DNA from: Eledone cirrhosa
Lineage: Eukaryota
DNA length: 64,000 bases
NCBI GenBank assembly: GCA_964016885.1
Contig: OZ024740.1
Location: 217,620,001 to 217,684,000 of the forward strand
Direction: 5' to 3'
Part shown: positions 12,028 to 24,910 of the stretch, piece after piece
Layout of the letters: every line of letters starts with the position of its first letter
Position numbering within the stretch: position 1 is the stretch's first letter
Program-made: the position numbers and the translations under genes
The notes under the pieces: model-generated
What the model was told of the DNA's origin: nothing
Databases searched by the model: none
What the model saw: the letters and a program-made list of their open reading frames with translations, nothing else

Positions 12028-12167
12028 ATATCAAGATTAATATAGAAATGGCTTCTACAGGACTAGAACTGTTTCAATCAGAAGAAATCATCAGGCTTTA
12101 TTGAGGATTCAATTTGAATTCAACAGTTCTATTCCTGTAGAAGCCATTTCTATATTAAGCTTGATAT
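12028..12167. repeat. Short inverted repeat (~46-bp arms) between (TA)n tracts
   Basis: ATATCAAGATTAATATAGAAATGGCTTCTACAGGACTAGAACTGTT versus its reverse complement at 12122-12167 (2 mismatches); copy at ~42106-42245. Confidence 0.85.
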
Positions 12168-12169
12168 AC

Positions 12170-12308
<139 letters not shown>

Positions 12309-12348
12309 ATATATTAATAAATGGAAACTATATTTATAAAACCATAGT

Positions 12349-12414
12349 TATTTTATTATATATATTTCAAGGGCAACCAAGGTAAATTTTGGTGCGCTTT
12401 CATCAGATAAAATA
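12349..12414 (-). ncRNA. Minimal type I hammerhead ribozyme (AT-rich family)
   Basis: Minus strand TATTTTAT-CTGATGA-AAGCGCACCAA(..)TTGGTTGCCCTT-GAAA-TATATA-TA-ATAAAATA: perfect 8-bp stem I and palindromic stem III. Confidence 0.75.
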
Positions 12415-12678
12415 CAAAATTTGTTTTATAAATGTTGACATACCCGTAGAAAACAACCTTGACGGTTGAAGGTTCTCTGGATAGTGGAATTTTTTATTTA
12501 TTTAGGGTAATTCAAAGTTATGTGTGAGTATGCAAATGAATGTCAGAAAGATTAAAAAAAACAACGGTTTATTTAAATTATACTGTTGGAAAAAGAGTTA
12601 GAAAAAAAAGAGAAAAAGAGAAAGGGAGAAAAAAAAAGAAGAAAAATGTAAATATAGTTTCCATTTATTAATATATTG

Positions 12679-12849
12679 TTTCTACTTTAGGCACAAGGCC
12701 AGCAATTATTCAGTACATTACTGGTACTTTATTTTATCGACCCCCTAAGGATGAAAGGCAAAGTTAACCTCGGCGGGATTTGAACTCAGACTGTAAAGGG
12801 ACGTAACTATGCTAGAAAGCATGGCGTCCGACCCTCTGCCAATTCACAG
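12679..12849 (-). mobile_element. Longer (possibly full-length) tRNA-like SINE with 17-bp TSD CATTTATTAATATATTG
   Basis: TSD at 12662-12678 and 12850-12866; copy at 42637-42807. Confidence 0.85.
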
Positions 12850-12986
12850 CATTTATTAATATATTGAATATTTACTCCAGTAAACTGTTGAGTGCTTCAT
12901 ATCAGTTATAAAACTTTTAAGCTTGTTGAATCCCAACAAATTAAATATAACATTTGCATATATATATATATATATATAGTGTTAAT

Positions 12987-13025
12987 TGAACAAGTACTTT
13001 CATGCTTTCGCAATCTTCAGGTTCA
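12987..13025 (-). ncRNA. Minimal type I hammerhead motif
   Basis: Minus strand TGAAC-CTGAAGA-TTGC(GAAA)GCAT-GAAA-GTAC-TT-GTTCA: 5-bp stem I, GNRA-capped stem II, palindromic AAGTACTT. Confidence 0.65.
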
Positions 13026-13058
13026 TGATATGTGGTGACAGTCGAGTTTGCAATTTTC

Positions 13059-13112
<54 letters not shown>

Positions 13113-13631
13113 GTTAAACAAGGTTCAATGAATAAATCAAAGAATGAGTTTTACAATAGATTGGAAGCATTCAACAACAATCGTTTTCCGGAGTTATTAA
13201 TCAGATTATGAAACTTTAATAATGTTTTATTTTCTATTCATTTATGATAGAATTAATGTTAAACTAAAGGGTCTTGTTTAGGTATATAAACATATTGTTT
13301 GTTAACATGTTCTCTTGATGAATATGCACACCTTTGGATATTTTAGATATATATAATTTAGATTGGGATCCTTATATATTTGTTTTTGTTTTAAATATAT
13401 AATTTGGATATATAACTCATAAGAATACCGGTTATAATTGAACCGTAAATCATTCATGTATATATTTTACTCATTTTGAGTATGTTTTAGGATTCAGAAA
13501 GTTAGATTTGTACATTTTTATTTTTTTATATATATTTAGGTATAAATGTCATAAATGATACTAGTCGACAAATATTGGTGTTTCTTTCCACTGAACTGGA
13601 TGTAAAACTACAATTATAACATTATTAATAA

Positions 13632-13760
13632 TTGTTTCTACAATAGGCACAAGGCCAGAAAATATCCCAGTGTATTACTGGTACTTTATTTTATCGACCC
13701 CCGTTAGGATGAAAGGCAAAGTTAACCTCGATGGGATTTGAACTCAGAATGGCAAGGGCC
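13632..13760 (-). mobile_element. SINE inside a local ~180-bp tandem duplication (unit 1 only)
   Basis: Same SINE core. The flank TTAGGATTCAGAAAGTTAGATTTG... occurs at ~13487 and ~13793, while unit 2 has a single copy and no SINE. Confidence 0.75.
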
Positions 13761-14149
13761 TTGTAATTATTTATTTATTATATGTATATCGTTTAGGATT
13801 CAGAAAGTTAGATTTGAACATTTTTTATTTTCTTATATATATTTAGGTACAAATGTCACAAATGATACTAGTCGACACATATTGGTCTTTCTTTCCACTG
13901 AACTGGATGTAAAACTACAATTATAACATTACTAATAATGATTGTAATTATTTATTTATTATATGTATATCGTTTCACTAATACCTATAATACTCTCTCT
14001 ATATATTTGAACAAATCTTTTTATCTAGTATAACATGCCCCTAGTTACATTTATAAGTAATTTAGATACTCAAATGACTCTCTATTGTTATAATTGTTAC
14101 ATATTTTCTGAATGTTCTAAATTATATAACGATTATTACTTAATTTAAT

Positions 14150-15430
14150 TTAATTTATTTTAATTAAATTCGGGTTACCTCCGGGTCATTGAAATCCTTA
14201 GCTCCTCTTTCTAACATCTTCGTGGACACTTTAGAAGTGTTGTTAGTCTACTATATAAATTTAAAAAATCTCTTGCATTTTTATGATCGCAAACAATTCA
14301 TTATTTTTACCTTTTCACTTTTTATTTTGAATCTAGTCCTTATCCTTAGGATTCATGAAGTTTTGATTTGTATATTTATAGTATATATCTATTAAATGAT
14401 CCTATTATAATAATTGATCTAAAACATTAATTTTAACAATATTATCAGTAACTTATTTATTGTATTGTATTATGTTATGTCTAATTGAGAGGTATCATCT
14501 TAATCTTTAGACAATATAATCTTTGTGTATTTTTTTGATAAACGCATATATATAATTTAATAATCAAACTTTTTAAGTTTAATTATAAGGCCTGTTGATC
14601 CATTAGGCATTCAAATTGTTTATCTTAAAATTCTTTAAAGATTATAACTGTAATTATTTTCTAAATTATATAATGTAAACTATTTTCAATATAATATAAA
14701 TAATTTAATATTATACAATACATTTAGTAAAGTTTACCTTCGCGAGGATGTAAAAACATTATGTTTTCTTTCTCGTGTTTGTAAATCCTTTAAATCTTAT
14801 TTCAGAAAATTTGATTTTATGAATTAAATATGATAGTATACTTTAATATTAATAGAGATATTTATTAACTTTTATAACCTAAAATATTATTCATTACTCT
14901 GAACTAACTTAAATTAAATGATTTGAATGTTAGCGGTCAACCAGATACGTTTGAATATATATTGTATATATAGATAATTATCTATAGACTTGGTATTAAC
15001 CTTCATATAAATACACCCAATTATAATTAAAATTTCGATTGATGAATACTTTTAGATAATTCAATAATTCAATGAATTGAGATTTTTTCTTTTTCCTAAA
15101 GCTAAGCCCAAATGTTGTTCTAATTAATATCTCCCTATATATTACACTATAAAAATTATTCCTCTTTATCTCTCTGTAATCAACTCTCTTTTTCTTTCTA
15201 AGCTCTTACTAGCTATATTATCCCCTCATCTGTTTCTTTCTCTATGCCCTTCTTTTCTTTCCTCTTTCTTCAGTAATTTAAATTATTTGAATCTCTAACA
15301 GTTATATTGCTGCTATATATGTTTTAAGCTTTCTCAAACGCACCCTCTCTATTATATGTATTATATGTAGGTTTTATTCATGTTTCAATATTAAGGTATA
15401 TAAATATTGTGTGTTGTCATATATTACTCA
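14150..15430 (+). pseudogene. Highly decayed AT-rich Penelope-like RT remnant
   Basis: SLAPLSNIFVDTLE resembles the PLE RT motif SPLLANIFMxxLE. The unit-2 counterpart ends in a hammerhead motif (45502-45569). Confidence 0.35.
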
Positions 15431-15431
15431 C

Positions 15432-17165
15432 CGACCAGGTCCATACTCGATAACCTCCACCTCATTTGATACATCATAGAGAGGCTAGGGTGTAAACTGG
15501 CTTCGGTGAGGCTTTGATCAATTTAGATCAATCAAAGGCATTTGATAGGGTCGACTATCAATACCTGGAAGCGGTTCTCAAGGCAGCCGGTTTCAGCCCA
15601 GTCTTCAGAGGCTGGATCGCTGCTACGCACAGCAACATCTGCTCGGCAGTCAAGGTGAATGGCTACCTATCGGAGCCATTCCAAATCATGCGTTCCATCC
15701 GTCAAGGATGTCCTTTCTCTTCCATTCTGTATGTACTGACTCTCGAGCCACTACTGCGGAAGTTGGAGCTATTGCATGGCATCCTGATGTAACTAGGACT
15801 GCGAAAAGCAGCGTCAAGAGATGACCGTAATTGTGTCGAAAACCTCGGAAATCGAGGTAATCGTCAACAGGAATACAAAACGTTCACAGGAGCAAGACTA
15901 AACCCAAACAAGTATCTCGGTTTGCAACTCGGTACATGGATAGACAAACCATGCCGTCAGAAAGCGTCGTTGGATGCTGACGAAAATTGGAACGAGTGGG
16001 CTGAGTGCAAACTGTAGTTAAAAGTTCGGGCGGGGGTGGCCAACACTTACATAGCATCTATCATCTACTACCGCTTGACAGTCGTGCCTTGCCCCCGCGA
16101 ATACCTCACCAAAATGGAACGCCTACTCTTCAAATTTCTCTGGAAGAATCAGGCTCCATTGGTGAGGAGATCCATCTGCTGTCAACGACCTTCTAACAGA
16201 GGGCAGCGATGCCGTAGCTGATGATGCGCTAACACGCGCTGAGGCTATGCCATCTCCAGGTATTCCTGACCGGTGTGGCTGTCGTTTGTGAGATCAGCTC
16301 TTCCACAACTCGTCTCACTAACAGAGCTAGAGTCCTGGGTCAAGCGAAGACCGAAAATGGGCGCCTGGCACCTCGAGTGCCTTCAGGCGTTCACAGCCCT
16401 CTACCAAGCGGAAACGGCAATCAGCGGAGACTCAACTTCGACATTCTATAGGGTATTAGTGGAGGATAAATCCGACGACGTTCTCGGGGAATTCTAGGCA
16501 TCGAGGAGGACGAACTGACCAGTCTGTTCGGAAGGACTCTCCGTCCAGGGCCTATGGATAACTGCCAGAGGTCTCTGGCCTGGCAGTGCTACCGAGGAGT
16601 TCTAACAGTTCGAGACAAAATCTACAGGCACGGACGCCCTGGCAGAGATCCTGCTAAAAGGGCCTGCCCAAGATGCAAGCAGGACATCGAAACCGTTCTG
16701 CTCGCAATTGTTCAGTGCCCAGGGGTGACCGACCTGTGGAATTATGTCGAACAGCTACTGTCACGTGTGGGACGCATCTAGTTGTCAGCCTAGTCGATTG
16801 TGAGGATCAACCCGCCGCCTTCATTTAACAATGAAGGAGAGGCGATTTTGTTCTGTCTGGTGGCTATGGTGAAAGATGTAATATGGTGGACGAGGTTAAA
16901 AAGGACTTATCTCCCTCCTTAAGTACCACTTCAGAAGGAAGGTGAGAGTGGAGAGAGAGGTGCTACACCCCAGTAAATTCGCTGAAAGGTGGGTGAATGT
17001 GGCGGAAATGGCCCGAGGGAATGGGCCTTCTCTGTATATAAACCTGTAGGTTGAGGAAGATAAACAGAGGGAAGACGGGAACACGTACAAAACGTGCTCC
17101 TGGTGTTGAAGGTTGTTCTATCCACGCGGTGTAAAACAACCCCACACTAACGTTCCCCCTATTTC
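15432..17165 (+). mobile_element. Tx1/L1-clade ORF2 remnant (RT plus C-terminal Cys region)
   Basis: LDQSKAFDRV, RQGCPFS, FLWK and CPRCKQDIET...C motifs, broken by stops and frameshifts. Confidence 0.85.
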
Positions 17166-17219
17166 AATTGTTATTTTATTATATATAGTTTATTTACCTA
17201 TAGTAATGATTATCTAGAT

Positions 17220-19010
17220 ACATATGGCCTTAGCAACCTGTGCCCTACAAGACCAGCAAGAGGCAGACGACCTACCATTACTTCAATGGCCAAGAAAACC
17301 CACACAGATAGATGGAACGGGTGGACCAGAGCCATACGGACCCCGAAAACCACGATGGACTAAAGAAAATGATTGCACATGCGGTGGGAGGCCTTAAGGA
17401 ACATATGTTCAAATTTAATGGAAAAACATATGCCGAAGAGGAGGGAGCAGCCATTGATGTTAGCATTGCAGGTGACATAGCTAACCTATTCATGGTATGG
17501 TGGGACAATAAACCTAAACTTAAACTTAAAGAACAATTACAAGACAGCAACCCCTTAACCCTGATAATGTACTCCCGCTACATTGATGATATAAACATCG
17601 TAGTAAAAACACCCCCACTAGAGAACAGTCAGGAATTAGAGAAAAACACCATGGAAAGTATCCAGCAAATAGCTAACTCCATCCACCAGAGTATTAGAGT
17701 TACTATAGACTACCCAAGAAAACACCCCAACCATCGATTACCTGTACTAGACACAGAACTCTGGTTAGATACCATTAATAACAAAAAACAAATCCTCCAT
17801 TCCCATTATGCCAAACCCATGACTTCCAAATATCTGATCCACCGAAACTCAGCTGTTTCAGACCATACCAAAATCAACATTCTGATTGCGGATTTCGTAC
17901 GAGTGATGAGAAACGTGTCCCGCATGTGCAACCCCAAAGAACTAGAGAGACACATACAACACTTCATCCACCGTATGCAGTTCTCTGCTTACAATCAGAG
18001 AGATAAAATCAGAGTATATAGAGGAGCCAGAACCAAATGGCAAAAATGGTAAATAATGACACAAATGGGACCTGCCCCTTGTATAGGAGCAAATTTTGGA
18101 ATAGAATAGAAAGAACTAGGAATAAGGTTAATAGAATAAACTCATGGTATGATAGCAATAAATACCAGAGTGTAATTTTCATCGATACAACCCTAGAGGT
18201 GAATTAGCTTACAAATTTAGAAGGGCCCTAGATAAACATAAACTCAATATTAAGATAGTAGAAAGACCAGGTACCTCCATAAAAACACTTATTAGCAATA
18301 CATACCCTTTTCAAAGACCTCCCTGTATAGATAAGAAATGTATAATCTGTAAATTAAGCCTGCATATTAACTGTAAAAATAGAAATGTAGTATATAGCAT
18401 AAGATGTACTGAAGGACAATGTAGAGATAAGAATATAGTGTACATAGGTGAGACAGCTCGTAGTATAGGGGAACGGATAAATGAACACTGGCGAGACCTT
18501 CAAGATAGTAAAGAATCAGCTGTACTCTACCAACATGCTAAAATAGAACATAAGGGTAAATTAGAGAACATAGAAATAAAAATAGAATCTACACACAGAA
18601 AAGACGCAATGTTTAGACAAATCACAGAGGCAATAAACATAAAAGAATTACAGCCAAAATTAAATAGAAAACATGAGTGGAACAGCAATATCACAACTTA
18701 TAATTAAGGACAAAATGAAAACACACACGCACATAGAACAAACAACCAACCTGTAACATGTAAATAAACAAATAAATAAAGCAATATAAACACACACAGA
18801 CACCCGGATGTGGCGCATGCGCAGACTGAGCACACAACACACACACAGAAACAAGATGGCGTAGGACAGAACAAAGAATAGGCACAAAAACAAAGAAAAG
18901 AATCCCCAGTCACTGAAGAGGTCACAGAATGTGTGACGAAAGAACTTTGACAATATATAAACAACCATCTGGTTGTGGAACCAACCAACCGGAAATTTAT
19001 AAATTCCTAA
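17220..19010 (+). mobile_element. Penelope-like element (RT + GIY-YIG endonuclease), frameshifted
   Basis: FKFNGKTY...IANLFM, YSRYIDDI, LPVLD, HYAKP (17312-18052); NVVYSIRC...YIGETARSIGERINEH (~18384-18707); hammerhead motif in the 3' region. Confidence 0.9.
18909..18951 (+). ncRNA. Minimal hammerhead motif in the 3' pLTR of the Penelope-like element
   Basis: GTCA-CTGAAGA-G-GTCACA(GAATG)TGTGAC-GAAA-GAAC-TT-TGAC; copy at 48751-48793. Confidence 0.65.
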
Positions 19011-19169
19011 ATTTATAAATTTATTATAATAAATTGAAGTGAAAGCAGCTGGTGCGTGTGTTTCTTATTGGCAACATGACCCTCCCAAAGTATAACAATA
19101 TCGGTTTCAACACACGTTTTCAGATAAAGAATCTTGCTAAACAAATTCAGAAACGAAATATATATATAT

Positions 19170-22100
19170 ATATATATATAAATGCAAGTTTACGATTCTG
19201 TGTGTCCGCCTAAAATTAGCAATCTACCGGACCAAACTCCTCAAAATTACATGTACATATTCACTATGCACTCGGACAGGAAACGGTCGAAAAAGGTTTA
19301 TTTTGCAAAGCATGGAATTCATTTAAAATCAATTTATCTTATTTATCAATGAATATCAAAAGAGATCATCCATTTTGTTTTTTATGTTCTCCAGTCTGTA
19401 GATAAGATAGTGAGGGATGGGAAGAGAGAGAGTGGCAGATGGAAGAGAGAGTAAGGGGATGAGAGAGAAAGAGAGAGAGAGTGAGTGGATGGGAGAGAGA
19501 GAGTAAGGGGGTGTTAGAGAGAAAGAAAGAGAGTAAGGGATGAGAGAGAGAGAGTGGGAGATGGGCGAGAGAGAGAGAGAGAGTAAGAAGATGTGAGAGA
19601 GAAAGAAAGAGAGTAAGGGGATGAGAGAGAAAGACGATGAAAGAGAGAGAGGCAAAGTAATCAGCAAGACCTGGAATCGAAGAAAGCAGTGTCATTTAGT
19701 GGAAGGTCATGAAGTCAAGTCAAGTGATACTATTGGGCGTGTTTACAATGTCCATCCCAACAACAGAGAATGTTTTTATTTACGGCTATTTCTGCATACT
19801 GTTCGAGGACCAACGTCATTTGAGCATCTTAGGTGCTTCAGAGGAAAGGAGTGCGCAACATACCAAGAAGCATGTAAACAGCATGGACTCCTGCATGACA
19901 ATGGACACTGGAAGAAGTGCCTAAAAGAAGCAGCAATCACTCAAGTACCCAGCCAAATAAGACAATTATTTGTTATTATGCTCACGGCATGTGGAATTGA
20001 TGAAGCTCATCTACTCTGGCAGGAGTACAAAAACAATATGTCGGACGACTATCTACACCTAGCCCGAAGACATCATGGCAATATGTATATGGAGTATACC
20101 CCCAGGATTTACAATCAAGCTCTCTGTGACGTGTCCCATCGAGTTCAGGCAATGAATATCACATTAGCTAACTGCGGGATGCCAGAGCCAGATGAAGAAA
20201 TAGAGGTAGCACAAGACATTTTTCAGGAGACAAACTACGATATCCAAGCATTGCGTAAGTTTGTGGATGAAAATGAACCTCGATTGATGGGTGACCAGAA
20301 ATACGCCTACCACGACATCATCGAAAACATTCAAAATAACAGGGGAGGACTTTTCATCATCGATGCTCCTGCTGGCACAGGCAGGACATTCCTCATAAAC
20401 CTCCGGCTTGCAAAAGTTCGCCAAAAGCAACATATTGCCCTTGTTGTGGCTTCAAGTGGCATTGCAGCAACACTTCTGGGTGGAGGAAGAACTGCACACT
20501 CCATGTTTAAGCTGCCTATAGATCTCACACGGCATGAACAATCTTTTTGCAACATCAAGAAGAACTCACCCAAGGGCAAGCTTCTGCAAACATGCAAGAT
20601 AATAATTTGGGATGAAGCTACGATGAGCCATAAAGGAGCAATTGAAGCTTTGGACCGGACGATAAGGGATCTGAGAGAAAATAGTTGCATAATGGGAGGA
20701 GTGACAATGGTTCTTGCTGGTGATTTCAGACAAACTCTGTCTGTAATTCTTCGAGGGACGCGAGCTGATCAGGTAAATGTCTGTCTGAAAACATCCTATA
20801 TCTGGCCCCACCTTCAGCTGCTGAGCCTTACAACCAACATGCGAGAGCACTTAACTGGTGACAAAGGTGTCAGTGAGTTTGCCATCCAACTACTTAAATT
20901 GGGAAATGGACTTCTTGAAAAGGACTCCAATGACCATATTCAGTTGTCATTTGGCCATATCCTTGACACAGAACAAGAACTGATTGCCAGAGTGTTTCCA
21001 AACATTCAGACCAGGCAATGTGATCCGAAATGGCTCTGTCAACGAGCACTCTTAGCACCTAAAACTGTTGCTGTGAAAGAAATCAACAGAAGGCTGCTGG
21101 AGATGTTACCGGGACTGAAAATATGCTACAAATCAGTTGACACAATCACTTCTCAAGACCATGTTGTAAACTATCCAACTGAATTTTTGAATAGTCTTGA
21201 ACAAGAAGGAATTCCTCCACACAATGAGATACTGAGGCTTGGAGCATCGGTTATGCTACTTCGCAATCTGGATCCTCCAAAACTTTGTAATGGCACAAGA
21301 CTCATCATCAAAAATATGATGTCCAATGTTCTAGAAATTGCAATCATATCAGGAAAATTTGCTGGTGACAATTGTTTCATTCCCAGAATACCTCTGAAGC
21401 CAGCTGATTTGCCATTTGAATTTCAAAGACTTCAATTTCCGATCAGGTTCAGTTTTGCCATGACCATTAATAAATCTCAAGGGCAATCATTGAAAGTCGT
21501 TGGGTTGAATCTGGCAGATCCTGTCTTTTCGCATGGTCAACTCTATGTTGGCACAACAAGGGTTGGGAACCCTGATTGTCTCCTCATTGTGGCACAACAG
21601 GGCAAAATCAAGTATGTTGTTTATCCAGAGAATTTGGAATGAGCAATGTCCTAATTCCGCATTCAATGACAATACACACAGATTCTAATTCCTTAGTCAT
21701 GTAGTTTGCAAGGAATTCTGAAGCTGCAAATTTACTGCATGTTGTCGCTTTGGAAGAATATGTAGGCATTCCCAATTACCTCTACTATATAAAGTAGTAT
21801 AAGTACGGACTTTGTTGGGTAGAAATAGCAGCCAAATTTCCTTAAATGTGTATGTATCTATGTATGTCGTGTGAGACTCTATACCTGTTGGTATAGCTAA
21901 TAGAAATAGAAAATAAATCTCCCTCAAACAAGATCCTACTGCCATAGAGGCAAATATTGGTGAAAGCTACAGTGTACAAATTTAAATACACTTTCCCAGA
22001 ATTAGAGAAATGAGTAAGTAAATGCTTCATTCAATCATAAACCAACTCTAAATTTATTTTCTTATTTAATTTATGGTTTTTAAAATAGTCTTTACATGTT

Positions 22101-22464
22101 TGAATTTCAGAGGTTCAGATTGAGCAAAAAAAAAAGAAAGAAAATGATAAATAAAAAAAATCTAAATGTATTTTTTTGGTCATGCCCTTTTCACTGACAA
22201 CATACCTAATGATTCATCTATGAGTAAAGCATTATATATGCTGACTGTAATAGGGAGCAGTATTAAAAAAAATCACCACTGGAAAAAACTAATATTTTTA
22301 TCAAGATGATTTATTTTGACCAAACGACAATAAATATTCTGCTATAATTCCTACTTTGGCTAAAATTCAGCAATCATATTTGAATGGTTAAATATTTTGT
22401 AATGTGTGCCAAATATATTGTAACTTTCATAAAATACCCGGGTATGACCGGGTAGCTCAGCTAG
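19170..22464 (+). mobile_element. Helitron A (internally deleted: lacks Rep, keeps helicase)
   Basis: 5' TATATAAATGCAAG in (TA)n; 3' hairpin TACCCGG-N6-CCGGGTA (22435-22454) then CTAG (22461-22464). Confidence 0.88.
19621..21642 (+). CDS. Helitron Pif1-family (SF1B) helicase ORF, 673 aa
   Basis: APAGTGRT (Walker A with K->R), TAHSMFKLP, IIWDEA, GDFRQ, LCNGTRL, FAMTINKSQGQSL, HGQLYV. Confidence 0.85.
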   Translation: MREKDDERERGKVISKTWNRRKQCHLVEGHEVKSSDTIGRVYNVHPNNRECFYLRLFLHTVRGPTSFEHLRCFRGKECATYQEACKQHGLLHDNGHWKKCLKEAAITQVPSQIRQLFVIMLTACGIDEAHLLWQEYKNNMSDDYLHLARRHHGNMYMEYTPRIYNQALCDVSHRVQAMNITLANCGMPEPDEEIEVAQDIFQETNYDIQALRKFVDENEPRLMGDQKYAYHDIIENIQNNRGGLFIIDAPAGTGRTFLINLRLAKVRQKQHIALVVASSGIAATLLGGGRTAHSMFKLPIDLTRHEQSFCNIKKNSPKGKLLQTCKIIIWDEATMSHKGAIEALDRTIRDLRENSCIMGGVTMVLAGDFRQTLSVILRGTRADQVNVCLKTSYIWPHLQLLSLTTNMREHLTGDKGVSEFAIQLLKLGNGLLEKDSNDHIQLSFGHILDTEQELIARVFPNIQTRQCDPKWLCQRALLAPKTVAVKEINRRLLEMLPGLKICYKSVDTITSQDHVVNYPTEFLNSLEQEGIPPHNEILRLGASVMLLRNLDPPKLCNGTRLIIKNMMSNVLEIAIISGKFAGDNCFIPRIPLKPADLPFEFQRLQFPIRFSFAMTINKSQGQSLKVVGLNLADPVFSHGQLYVGTTRVGNPDCLLIVAQQGKIKYVVYPENLE

Positions 22465-23258
22465 TATATATATAAATGCAAGTTTACGATTCTGTGTGTC
22501 CGCCTAAAACTAGCAAACTACTGGACCAAACTCCTCAAAATTACATGTACATATTCACTATACACTCGGACAGGTAACGGTCGAAAAAGTGTTACTTTGC
22601 AAAGCAAGGAATTCATTTAAATTCAATTTATCTTATTTTCTAATGAATATCAAAAGAGATCATCCATTTTGTGTTTTTAAGTTCCCCAGTCTGTAGATAA
22701 GAGAGTGGGGGATGGGAGAGAGAGAGAGAGTAAGGGATGAAAGAGAAAGAGAGATAGTGGCAGATGGGAGAGAAAGTAAGGGGATAAGAGAGAAAGAGAG
22801 AGTGTGAGTGGATGGGAGAGAGAGAGTAAGGGGATGTGAGAGAGAAAGAAAGAGAGTAAGGGATAAGAGAGAGAGTGGGAGATGGGAGAGAAAGAATAAG
22901 GGGATGTGAGAGAGAAAGAAAGAGAGTAAGGGGATGAGAGAGAAAGACGATGAAAGAGAGAGAGGGAAAGTAACCAGCGTTGTTAACTTTTATTTATTTA
23001 TTATTTTTACACACTTTTTAACTCTCCCGCTTCCTTAACGTTATTTATCTTTTCTTTATTTTTTGTTCTCTATTCCGTAGAGAGGGGGGGGGGTGAGAGA
23101 GAAAAAGAGAGAGAGAGAGAGTAATGGGATGGGAGAGAGAGAGAGAGGGAAATTAGCAAGCGTTCATTAACTTTTATTTATTTATTATTTTTACACATTT
23201 CTTAACTCTCCCAATGTTATTTATCTTTTATTTATTTTTTGTTCGCTATTGTGTAGAG

Positions 23259-24910
23259 CAGGGGTCACCAAACGTTTTTCACACTGGGCCGGAGAACTGA
23301 AAGAATGACAAGCGCGGGCCGCATAATCATTCTGTTCAATACTTGCAAGCCAGAACGAAAGCTTTGGGAAAAAAGACGAAACACTACGTTTAGCATTCCA
23401 TGTTAATCATGGGCGAGTGGCGTGCAATGCGCAAAAAACAAAGACAACCAACATAATTATTTACTAAAAAGTTATCAAAGAAGGCGACGTAGCAAAAATA
23501 TAATAATTTGATGATTTTGTAGAGATCACAGACGAGGTTATCCTTTCCCTGAAGTTTCAAGTTCAGTTCATTCATGTGGGATGTGATGTCGACCAAAAAT
23601 GACAACTTTGACAGCCAGATAGGATCTGACAGCTGTGGATCAGCTCTATCTTTTTCAGTGAGGAAAACATCTATTTCGTTTCGGAGCTTGTAAAAACAAA
23701 ACAGGGCTTTACCGCAGCTGAGCCACCTCACTGCTGTGTGATAAGGCAAGTCACAGAAATCAGAATCAATTTCTTCAAGAAAAGCCTGGAACTGACGGTG
23801 ATTGAGTGCATGTCCCCGAATGAAGTTCACAGCAGAAACGACTGGTTTCAGTACACAAGAAATATCCAAGTCTTTCCCACAGAGTGCTTGCTGATGTATG
23901 ATGCAGTGTATGAACAGAGCGCCCGGAATTTGCAAATCTTCCAACTGAGTCCTGATCTGCCCGACCAGACTCTTCCTCACTCCATCCATGTTCTTTCCTC
24001 CATCAACTGTAACACCTCGAAGCTGATTCCACTGAAGGTTATAGTCTTGCAAAGTTTTCTGCACTTCCATGAAAATGTCTTTTCCAGTTGTTGTTCCATG
24101 CATGCAGCAAACGGATGTTCAACTCTTCCGTTATCTGAAAGTCCAAATTGACACCACGAATGAACACGAGAAGTCGTGACATACTCGAGAGATCAGTAGA
24201 CTCACCCAGCGTCAGAGAATACCACAACAAGTTCCTAGCTTTCTCGCGTATCTATAGCACTATGTTCTCTCCAAGTTATTCTGTTCGCCGCACAACTGAA
24301 CTTGCCGAAAGGCTGATACTTCCAAACAAATCGGCTTTCTCAGGACACAAGTCATTTGCTGCTTCCATCATACACTCTTTGATGAAGTTGCCATCAGTAA
24401 ACGGTTTTCCTCGCTCTGCCAACTTATGCACTATTTTATAACTTGTACGAGTGACAGATTCATTTTCAGCAAACTTTCTCGTGAAGAGATTTCTTTGAGT
24501 TTCTAAACCACGTTTCATGGACTCATATTTCTCAGAGCGTAACCTTCCAGAAAACTTTGTATATGTTGATAGATGTTTTGCTTCATAGTGACGCCGAAGA
24601 TTCTACTCTTTCAAAACGGCAACACTTTCGCTGCATACCACGCAACTAGCTTTCTGGTCCTTTGTTTCCACAAAGAAGTACTTTACTCCCCATTCTTCAT
24701 TGAAAACGCGACACTCGGCGTCCACTTTTCTTTTCTTAGTAGCCATAATAAAGGGTGAAGAAAACGGGATCTGAAAATGAAAAAGACATTGAATTAGAAA
24801 CATCTCGTGTTCCATCCGTTTTATCACGCAAATGCAAGTACCGTCGGCAACCTGATGAACTGACGTCGCAGGCCTGATCCGGCCCGCGGGCCATAGTTTA
24901 GTGACCCCTG
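23259..24910 (-). mobile_element. hAT (Buster/SPIN-like, GTF2IRD2-type transposase) element of 1652 bp nested in Helitron B
   Basis: TIRs CAGGGGTCAC[C/T]AAAC; 8-bp TSD GTGTAGAG (23251-23258, 24911-24918). Minus-strand transposase from ATG 24746 (MATKKRKVD...CVVC) with DGGKNM, HCIIHQ and VRWLS; premature stop and 3' truncation. Confidence 0.93.

Noticed and set aside
12055-12100. Minus-strand CTGATGA...GAAA...GTC inside the short inverted repeat as a hammerhead
   Set aside because: Core boxes are present but stems I and II do not pair convincingly; at best a decayed copy.
19621-21642. Host PIF1 gene
   Set aside because: Intronless and enclosed by Helitron termini, next to Rep-bearing copies.
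23390-24746. Domesticated GTF2IRD2/ZBED-like gene
   Set aside because: Has TIRs, a TSD, a premature stop, frameshifts and a truncation, so it is a defective transposon.
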